64,000 nucleotides of DNA from Nannocystis bainbridge (GTDB lineage Bacteria; Myxococcota_A; Polyangia; Nannocystales; Nannocystaceae), in contig NZ_JAQNDL010000001.1 in NCBI RefSeq assembly GCF_028368995.1, positions 3,360,001 through 3,424,000 on the forward strand, given 5' to 3'. Positions within the stretch are counted from its first letter, which is position 1. Every line of letters begins with the position of its first letter. A program made the translations under genes and the position numbers. Shown here piece by piece: positions 38,669 to 47,471 of the stretch. The notes below the pieces were generated by a model. It worked only from the letters and a program-made list of their open reading frames with translations, was not told the origin of the DNA and did no database searches.

Positions 38669-39704
38669 CGACGACCGCCGCCCGGGGCGCTCCCTCCGAG
38701 GCGCACCAGACGAGGCTCGAACCGGGGCTATCACCCCGCATGAGCTCCACCGCGGCGAGACCCAACAACACGGGGCCCGACGCCGCGCCCAGGTCGCCGA
38801 AGCAGTCGGCGGGGTGCCTCAGGTGCAGGCCGTCGCGGAACGCCGAGCTCGAGCGAATCGCGGCCACGCCCCACTCCTTCGCGCCGAAGCTCTCGCCGTT
38901 GAGGCTGCAGAATACGCTGCTGATCGAGGCATCGGGCGCTCCCGCGACCGCCGCACGGACAGCATCGGCGAGCCCGTCGCCGAGATGCGGCTCCTCGCTG
39001 CGGCGATGGCCCCGCTCCTCGCCGAGGCCAGGCGCAGCGACATGAGCGATGCCGACCGACTCCGGCGTCCTCCGCTGCGCCGAGAGCAGCAGAAACCCTG
39101 CCCCCTCGCCCGGCACGAAGCCATCCGTGACCCCGCAGGCATGCACCCGGCCCGCCCGATCCAGCAGTCCCAGCAGCTCCGGATCGACGTGACTGTCCAC
39201 CCCGCCGACGAGCACGTAGGGCTGTCCCTGCTCGTGCAGGAGCCGCGAGGCGTGCTCCAACACGGCGATGCCCCCTGCACGGCCCTGGAAGGCCGTCGAG
39301 CTGTGCTCGCGGCTGAATGTCACGTTCGTCTGGACCCGGAGCTGCATCAAGAATTCCGCCCCGATCGCCGCTTCCTCTGCCGCGTAGGGCTCGGGACCGA
39401 CGAGCAGGAGAGGAATGGTGTCGACTCGAGCGACCGGTGACACGGCCTCCCGGAGCGCGCGCGTGGCCAGCCGCAGCATGCGCTGGTGTCGCCTCGACAG
39501 TCGCCTGTTCCGCGCCAGCTCCGGAGCGAGCGGCGGAAGGTGCTCGTCCTCCAGGAAGGCGACGATCATCGGCTCCCCCTTGGAGTTCCAGAACGAGCTC
39601 TCGCGCTGGCGGCTGATGCCCGCCCGCACGGCCGCCGCTGTCGCCGCGGCCTTGAGTCCCACGGCCGTGATCACACCCACTTGGTGGACCCAAGCGCCTG
39701 TCAT
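38658..39704 (-). CDS. Thiolase/ketoacyl-synthase-like T6SS accessory protein (PRK06147-like)
   Basis: AAAVRAGISR, VLVGGVDS, FVPGEGAGF, LNGESFGAKEW, HPADCFGDLGAASG; coupled to DUF2169. Confidence 0.85.
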   Translation of the reverse strand: MTGAWVHQVGVITAVGLKAAATAAAVRAGISRQRESSFWNSKGEPMIVAFLEDEHLPPLAPELARNRRLSRRHQRMLRLATRALREAVSPVARVDTIPLLLVGPEPYAAEEAAIGAEFLMQLRVQTNVTFSREHSSTAFQGRAGGIAVLEHASRLLHEQGQPYVLVGGVDSHVDPELLGLLDRAGRVHACGVTDGFVPGEGAGFLLLSAQRRTPESVGIAHVAAPGLGEERGHRRSEEPHLGDGLADAVRAAVAGAPDASISSVFCSLNGESFGAKEWGVAAIRSSSAFRDGLHLRHPADCFGDLGAASGPVLLGLAAVELMRGDSPGSSLVWCASEGAPRAAVVVSR

Positions 39705-40714
39705 GCCAGCCTCAACTCTTCCAGCCACAGCGTGGCTCGCTCGATCTGCAGCACCCGCTTGTCGCACGATGTCGCGGCTCGCCAGACCATGCACAATCGC
39801 CGCGCGTCCGGCTCGATCAGCACCGTCTCGAGCTCCGGCCGCAACGTTCTCCTATCACCAGCGATCCTCACTTCGATGAAGAAGCGACAGATCGGCAGGA
39901 GACAACGCAGCGGTCCCTCCACAGCGGCGTTCTCGAGCCGCACCGCCTCGCCGCCTCGCAGATATCCGGGGGCACGGAGGACCTCGGGCGCCACGTTGAA
40001 GAACCGCGGGTCGAAGTCATGCGGGAGATAAGGGGCGCGGTGACGATGCCATGCCTCGTCGTAGGTGCCTGCGCACTCCCTCCGCGGCGACCAGGCGGGG
40101 GCCACGGGTGCGAAACACGCCGGGATGGCGGCATCGCCGGCTCCCAATACCGGCGACCGAGGATCCTCCAAATTGGGCAGCAGCAACCCCTTCATGGCCC
40201 GCCCGCGAGCCCCGCGGAATCCTCGTCCGACTGGGTTTCGCGGCTCGTCACGCGGCGGGCCCTGCTCGGGCACGTAGCAGCCCCCGAACGCACGCTCGTA
40301 AACCAACGGCATGGCGACGAAGGGCACCGGCGTGGTGGCCCGCGACAGCGAGGCTGCCCCGGTCCAGAAGCGGTCGCCGACCACGCGGACGGCTCGGCGA
40401 ACGTCCGCGACCGCGAATTCGACCATCAGTTCACTCACCGCCTCGCCGCGAGGCGCGTGGGCTTGGCCGACGAGGAGCACGTCCGTGGATGGCTTGGTGG
40501 GGTGGCGATCTGCGGGATAGCGAATGCTCGACTGTCCGGGCTCGCCCCAATACACGTCACTGGCGTGCAGCGGTACCTGTTCCTCGGCGACGCGCAAAGG
40601 GCTGCCGAGCTCGAAGCTCGCCTTCACCGCCACATAGACCGTATCGACGCCGCGAACATCCGGAAGGACGTCGAGCCCGGCGCTGAACGGCGTGTTGTTG
40701 GTGACCTGCAGCAT
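39701..40714 (-). CDS. DUF2169 T6SS adaptor
   Basis: N.TPF..VAVKASF..KPSTDVLLVG..V.GDRFW..MPLVYERAFGG..NPVG.GF..LPNLED..GTYD..FFNVAP..TVLIEPD. Confidence 0.92.
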   Translation of the reverse strand: MLQVTNNTPFSAGLDVLPDVRGVDTVYVAVKASFELGSPLRVAEEQVPLHASDVYWGEPGQSSIRYPADRHPTKPSTDVLLVGQAHAPRGEAVSELMVEFAVADVRRAVRVVGDRFWTGAASLSRATTPVPFVAMPLVYERAFGGCYVPEQGPPRDEPRNPVGRGFRGARGRAMKGLLLPNLEDPRSPVLGAGDAAIPACFAPVAPAWSPRRECAGTYDEAWHRHRAPYLPHDFDPRFFNVAPEVLRAPGYLRGGEAVRLENAAVEGPLRCLLPICRFFIEVRIAGDRRTLRPELETVLIEPDARRLCMVWRAATSCDKRVLQIERATLWLEELRLA

Positions 40715-42001
40715 TCAGGACCGCACGTCGAGCACGCGCCCCATCCCAGCCGTCCCGGCCCAGCGCGCTCGTTCGCCTGCCGGCAGCAGCGGCCCCTGAG
40801 TGCCGTCGCGCAGCAGGAACGGCATCCCGCGCTCGACGTACACCGGATGCACCAATTCGACCGTCACCGTCGCCCCCTCGCCCGGCGCGATCGTCTCCTG
40901 CGCGACCACGTCGAAGCGCCCCGCCACCACAGTCGTCCCGAACAGCAGCAGCCCGACGTGGCCGCTGCGGATCGGAGTACGGCGGCCGTGCTCCTCGGTC
41001 GCCAGCAGCTCGAGGTGCGCCGTCAGCGAGCGCACCGCCCTCGTCCCCGGGTTCACCAGCGCCTGGCCCGAGTGCAGCAGCCCGACGTTCAGCGCCTGCC
41101 CTGGCCGCACCAGTCGCACCCCGACGAACTCGCCCGCCTGCGCGCGCTCGACCTTGCGGTGGTTCATCTCGAGCTTCGACACCTGCACCTCGAGCGGCTC
41201 GCCGAAGCCCGCGACCACCAGCGTGTCTCCCGGGCGCACCTGCCCGCGACGCACCCGCCCGTCGATCACCAGCCCCTCGTGGTTGGACCAGCGCGGATAC
41301 ACGTGATCGAAGTACAGCAGCGGCGGGCCCTGCACCGTGTGTTCGGGGACCTGCAGCTCCAGCTCGAGCACCTCGAGCAGATCGGAGATGCACCCCTCCC
41401 AGCGCTGGCGATCGTCCGCCTGCGGCGCCGCGGCGCCGCGGATGATGCGGGTCCCGTCGCCGTCGAAGCCGCAGCGGATCAGCAGTTCGCGCACGTCCTG
41501 CTCGACCAGGTCGAGCCACTCGGCGTCGGCCACGAGGTCGCACTTGTTGAGGAACACCACGATCTGCGACAGCCCGAACGCGCGCGCCAGCAGCAGGTGC
41601 TCGTGCGTCTGCGGCTCCACCCCCTTCGGCCCCGACACCACCAGGATCAGCGCGTCGACCAGCGCCTGGGCCCGCGCCGCGTTCTTCAGCCACGGCCGCC
41701 AGCCGGGGCTGTCGACGTGGACGAAGTCGCGGTGCTCCGTCGCGTAGCGGACCTCGCCCGCCGCGATCGTCCGCGTCTCGAGCCAGCCCTTCTCCCGGTG
41801 ATGGTCGCCGTGCCACGCTCGCCACAGCCCACCGCGCCGGTCGAGCTCGGGCACCGTCACCGCCTTGACCGCCCCCTGCGTGCGGCGCGACAGCAGCTCC
41901 GTGATCGCGCAGGTCAGCGACGTCTTGCCGCATTGATGATGGCCGATGGTGCCGACGGCGAGCGTCGGTCGGTTCGGGGCGACGTGAGCAGCGTCGGACA
42001 T
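40715..42001 (-). CDS. Divergent EF-Tu-like translational GTPase
   Basis: GTIGHHQCGKT, VHVDSPGW..KN, PQTHEHLLLAR, VFLNKCD; EF-Tu domains 2 and 3 (GRVRRG, LEMNHRK, EEHGRRTP, TAGMGRV). Confidence 0.88.
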   Translation of the reverse strand: MSDAAHVAPNRPTLAVGTIGHHQCGKTSLTCAITELLSRRTQGAVKAVTVPELDRRGGLWRAWHGDHHREKGWLETRTIAAGEVRYATEHRDFVHVDSPGWRPWLKNAARAQALVDALILVVSGPKGVEPQTHEHLLLARAFGLSQIVVFLNKCDLVADAEWLDLVEQDVRELLIRCGFDGDGTRIIRGAAAPQADDRQRWEGCISDLLEVLELELQVPEHTVQGPPLLYFDHVYPRWSNHEGLVIDGRVRRGQVRPGDTLVVAGFGEPLEVQVSKLEMNHRKVERAQAGEFVGVRLVRPGQALNVGLLHSGQALVNPGTRAVRSLTAHLELLATEEHGRRTPIRSGHVGLLLFGTTVVAGRFDVVAQETIAPGEGATVTVELVHPVYVERGMPFLLRDGTQGPLLPAGERARWAGTAGMGRVLDVRS

Positions 42002-42134
42002 ACGGCCCGCGATCATAGCCGCAGGAGCACGCCGGCGTCGCGGTCATTTTCGCCCGGCGACATGTCCGAACGAACATGTCCCTTAGGACATGAACATGTC
42101 CCTGAGGACATGTACTTTACGCCACTTTCCGCCC

Positions 42135-42941
42135 TCACCCCCGCGGCGCGCCGACCAGCCACGTCACGCGCATCGGGCTGCGGCCGAGCGGCTCCGACTC
42201 GATCTGCCACGCGTAGTCCTCCGCTCCGGGCACCGTCGCCAGCAGCTCGCGCAGCTCGTCGGGCGAGTACACCCGCAGGCACGACACCACCCCGTCCCAC
42301 GTCGCCACGAACGGGATCGCCGGCACCAGCCACGTCCACGCCAGCCGCGACAGGCGGAGCGGGCGGATGAACGGCGACGTCGCCAGCACCCCGAGGCTCG
42401 TCACCATGCACGTGGCGATCGACGCCGGGTATCTGCCGACGCCCTCGAACGCCGCGATCCCGCGCCGCTGCGCCACCGCGTCGGCGAGGATCGCCCGCGC
42501 CTGCGCCGGCCGGAAGTGATGGAAGGCGTTGCACAGCACGCGGAACCCGGCGAGCTCGGCCGGGACCGCCGTCGCGTCGACCGGGCGCGGCTCGTGCACG
42601 ATCCGCCCCGGCACCGTCGAGGCCGCTGCGAGCATCGCCTCCGCGTTCGGGAACAGGTCGGTGAGGCGCACGCGCACTGGCACCCCGCGGCGGTCGAGCT
42701 CGCTGATCAATGTCGGCAGCGGCCCTGCCGAGCCCGAGCACAGGTCGAGCAGCTCGCGCTCCCCGGTGCTGCGCAGCGCGGCCGCGAGGGCGTCGCAGAA
42801 GCCCTGGTACGGCCGCGGATCGAGGTTGCCGATGAAGTTGAGGTAGCCCGTCACGCCGTCGCGGATCGCCCGCGGCAGCCACGGCTGATCCTCGATCTCG
42901 AACCCGTGTCGTCGTCGACCCAGCACGCCCTGTCCCGTCAT
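42135..42941 (-). CDS. Class I SAM-dependent methyltransferase-like protein
   Basis: EIEDQPWLP, LLDLCSGSAGP, LTDLFPN, AFHHF, WDGVVSCLRVYS. Confidence 0.8.
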   Translation of the reverse strand: MTGQGVLGRRRHGFEIEDQPWLPRAIRDGVTGYLNFIGNLDPRPYQGFCDALAAALRSTGERELLDLCSGSAGPLPTLISELDRRGVPVRVRLTDLFPNAEAMLAAASTVPGRIVHEPRPVDATAVPAELAGFRVLCNAFHHFRPAQARAILADAVAQRRGIAAFEGVGRYPASIATCMVTSLGVLATSPFIRPLRLSRLAWTWLVPAIPFVATWDGVVSCLRVYSPDELRELLATVPGAEDYAWQIESEPLGRSPMRVTWLVGAPRG

Positions 42942-43243
42942 CGCCGTCTCCTCGCTGGCGAAATTTAGACCGTCTCGCGGGCGCCGCGGGTTCGTCGCTG
43001 CGATCTGTCTTTGAGGACAGCCCTTTACCTTTGCTCCGCCTCCGACCCCAGGTCTCGGACCCGCTCGCTGCAGAATTCGGGCGCTATCGCGCCGGTTTCA
43101 CCTGACCGGGGGCGCGCGGCCTCGCGGCTCGAGATTGCCCGTCCGCCAACGCACGACAAGTCGGCCTTCCGCGAGGACGCGCGGTTGTGTAGCGTGCGGT
43201 CAGGGTCGCACGCTGCGCCCGGAAATTTCCCTGCGGAGACAAC

Positions 43244-43939
43244 ATGACCATGCGTACGCTTACTTCCTTCTCCCTGATGTCGGTCCTCGCGCTTGGCCTC
43301 GCGGCCTGCGGTGATGATGGCAAGCCGAACCTGACGACCGCCACCACGGCGACCACGCCCGGCACCACCAACACCACCAACACGACCAACAACAACACGA
43401 CCGACAGCACGGACACCGACGCCACGGCGACCGAGACCGACGGCACCGAGACCGACGGCACCGCGAGCGAGAGCACCGCGACCGAGACCGCCTCGAGCAC
43501 GCCGACGACGACCGAGGAGCCGGTCACCACGACCGAGACCAGCGTCACCTCCGAGACCACCGTCGAGCCGGAGACCACCACCTCGACCACCGTCGAGCCG
43601 GAGACGACCACCACCGAAGGCACCACCGACGACACCACCGGCGGCGGCGGCGGCGAGTACCAGGCTTGCGGCGCGATGGGCGAGTGCCCGGCGGGTTCGG
43701 ACTGCCTCGAGCTGATGGGCATCGAGGGCAGCTTCTGCTCGCCGATGTGCGACGGCATGGCGTGCCCGCCGACCGGCGCCGACGCGCAGGGCCAGTGCGT
43801 GCTGAGCATGGGCATGGGCGACCCGACCTACTGCGCGGCCCTCTGCCCGCCCGGTGACGCCGACGCCTGCCCCGAAGGCACGACCTGCAAGGAAGTCCCG
43901 GACCAGCCGATGCCGATCGGCATCTGCACCGCGCCCTGA
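43244..43939 (+). CDS. Thr-rich lipoprotein with Cys-rich C-terminal domain
   Basis: GGAG RBS, lipobox LAAC, Thr-rich linker, 12-Cys domain. Confidence 0.85.
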   Translation: MTMRTLTSFSLMSVLALGLAACGDDGKPNLTTATTATTPGTTNTTNTTNNNTTDSTDTDATATETDGTETDGTASESTATETASSTPTTTEEPVTTTETSVTSETTVEPETTTSTTVEPETTTTEGTTDDTTGGGGGEYQACGAMGECPAGSDCLELMGIEGSFCSPMCDGMACPPTGADAQGQCVLSMGMGDPTYCAALCPPGDADACPEGTTCKEVPDQPMPIGICTAP

Positions 43940-43977
43940 GTGCGCACGGTCGCCCCGCGCGACCACGCCCGCTTGCG

Positions 43978-44113
43978 CGAGGCCACGAGTTCGCATAGCT
44001 TCGTGGCCTCGGAGTCGGCCCATGCGTGTCTCTCCACATACACGAGCCTGAGTTCCGGATCGCTTCGGCGGTCCGGTCCCGTGTGTGTGCATTGAGTCCG
44101 CAAAGAGCCACTC
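43978..44113 (+). other. Structured intergenic region / putative 5' leader RNA
   Basis: Hairpin CGAGGCCACGA..TCGTGGCCTCG; stem CACATACACG/CGTGTGTGTG enclosing CCGGATCGC-TTCG-GCGGTCCGG. Confidence 0.55.
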
Positions 44114-44566
44114 ATGAATCGTCACCGAGACCGCCGGCGCCGTCGCGCGCCGGCCACAACTGAATATTCGCAGTCTCCTCATTCGCTCCCGGGCGACGTG
44201 GACCCCGCCGTGTTGTTCGGCGCGGCCCTCCCGTCGCAGGCGCGACGCAAGCTCGACCAGCTGTCGCGGCAGGTCGAGGAGCGCCTCTCGCTGGTGCTCG
44301 CCGGCGAGATCGACGACCCGCACGTCGCGGCGCTGACCCTGCTCGGCGTCGAGCCCGAGCCCGGCAGCGGCAACCTGGTCGTCGTCCTGGCCCTGCCGGT
44401 CGGCGCCGGCGGCGACGAGGCGCAGGTCGTGATGCGCCGCCTCGACGCCCTGCGCGCCTACCTACGCGCCGAGATCGCCGGCGCCATCCACCGCAAGCGC
44501 ACCCCGAACCTGGTGTTCCGGCTGGTGCCTTCGCCGCTCGCCCGCGACGAGGAGGTGGAGCCATGA
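44114..44566 (+). CDS. RbfA-family (ribosome-binding factor A-like) paralog
   Basis: LSRQVEERLSLVL..EIDDP..V.P..L.V..LRAEIAGAIHRKRTPNLVF matches the RbfA KH-fold pattern; Arg-rich N-terminal extension. Confidence 0.7.
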   Translation: MNRHRDRRRRRAPATTEYSQSPHSLPGDVDPAVLFGAALPSQARRKLDQLSRQVEERLSLVLAGEIDDPHVAALTLLGVEPEPGSGNLVVVLALPVGAGGDEAQVVMRRLDALRAYLRAEIAGAIHRKRTPNLVFRLVPSPLARDEEVEP

Positions 44567-45726
44567 CGGCGAACTCCACCGTCGCAAACGGCGAGGGCGC
44601 CGCGCCGGCGAGCCTCACCCGCTTCGTCGCCGAGCCGCCGCCGCGCGCCGTCACCGACGCGCTCGAACGCCTGCGTCACCTCGGCGACGTCGCCCGCATC
44701 GCCGTCATGCCCGACGTGCACCTCGCCGAGGGCGTGTGCGTCGGCACCGTCGTCGCCACCCGCACCCTGCTGTTGCCCGCGGCCGTCGGCGGCGACATCG
44801 GCTGCGGCATGGCGGCCGTCGCCTGCGACGTCGAGGCCAGCGCGCTGGACGACGCCCACACCGCCGCCGCCGTCCTGGTCGGCCTCCAGCGCGCGATCCC
44901 GGCGCTGCGCCACCCGGGCGGCCAGCACCCGCTGCCGCCCGCGCTGGCCGGGCGCCCGCTGTCCGCCCCGTCGCTGCGCTCCGAGCAGCGGCGCACGGCC
45001 GGCCTGCAGCTCGGCACGCTCGGTCGCGGCAACCACTTCCTCGAGCTGCAGGCCGACGAAGACGACCGGCTGTGGTTGATGGTGCACAGCGGCTCGCGCG
45101 GGATGGGCACGGCGATCCGCGACCACCACGACGCGCTCGCCAGCCCGGTCGGCGCCGGCCTGCGTGGGCTCGTCGCTGCCAGCCCCGAGGGCGCGGCCTA
45201 CCTGGGCGACATGCAGTGGGCCCTCGACTACGCCGAGGCCAACCGGGCCGCCCTGGCCGCTCGCGCCGCCGAGGTCTTGGGGACATGTCTCAAAGCGCAT
45301 GTCCTCATGGACACGTGGATCTCCTGCCACCACAACTTCGTCCGCCGCGAGCCGCTGGGCGACGAATCGCTATGGGTCCACCGCAAGGGGGCCGTGTCGG
45401 CGCGGGCAGACGAGCCGGGCATCGTGCCCGGCTCGATGGGCGCGCCGAGCTACCACACGTGCGGCCGCGGCGAGGTCGCGGGCCTGTGCTCGAGCGCGCA
45501 CGGGGCCGGGCGCGCGATGAGCCGCGGTGAAGCGCGCCGACACATCCGCGCCGGTGACGTCGTGGCCCAGATGCGCGGCGTATGGTTCGACCACCGGGCC
45601 GCCGACGCCCTCCGCGACGAGGCGCCGGCGGCCTACAAGGACATCGGCGCGGTCATGCGAGCCCAGCGCGCCCTGACCCGCGTGGTCCGCCGATTGCGGC
45701 CGCTGCTGAGCTTCAAGGCCGCGTAA
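44563..45726 (+). CDS. rtcB: RtcB family RNA ligase
   Basis: MPDVH, GGDIGCG, LGTLGRGNHFLE, VHSGSRG, HN, HRKGA, PGSMG, SAHGAGR, DEAP.AYK. Confidence 0.95.
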   Translation: MTANSTVANGEGAAPASLTRFVAEPPPRAVTDALERLRHLGDVARIAVMPDVHLAEGVCVGTVVATRTLLLPAAVGGDIGCGMAAVACDVEASALDDAHTAAAVLVGLQRAIPALRHPGGQHPLPPALAGRPLSAPSLRSEQRRTAGLQLGTLGRGNHFLELQADEDDRLWLMVHSGSRGMGTAIRDHHDALASPVGAGLRGLVAASPEGAAYLGDMQWALDYAEANRAALAARAAEVLGTCLKAHVLMDTWISCHHNFVRREPLGDESLWVHRKGAVSARADEPGIVPGSMGAPSYHTCGRGEVAGLCSSAHGAGRAMSRGEARRHIRAGDVVAQMRGVWFDHRAADALRDEAPAAYKDIGAVMRAQRALTRVVRRLRPLLSFKAA

Positions 45727-45782
45727 TCACCACACCCGCGCGGCGCGCTCCGACCCCGGGGCGCGCCGCGATCGTTTCGCCC

Positions 45783-47402
<1,620 letters not shown>

Positions 47403-47471
47403 GCCGCGATCATACTGCCGCGCGCGAGCGTCGGTGCCAGGGCCGACCCGACCTCGCGCGCGCGCCGACGA

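Noticed and set aside
38658-39704. Fatty-acid or polyketide synthase gene
   Set aside because: No ACP or other PKS genes are present; the DUF2169/DUF4150 context indicates the T6SS accessory family.
40715-42001. Calling this the housekeeping tuf or selB
   Set aside because: Key motifs are diverged, it is not in a ribosomal-protein or tRNA operon, and it has no SelB C-terminal extension, so no gene symbol was given.
42060-42115. GACATGTC arrays as CRISPR repeats or IS ends
   Set aside because: The period is only 14 bp, there is no transposase and no target duplication. Reported instead as a dispersed motif.
43940-44113. tRNA gene next to rtcB
   Set aside because: I could not build a cloverleaf or find a T-loop GTTCRA with proper arms. 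Kept only as an unassigned structured region.
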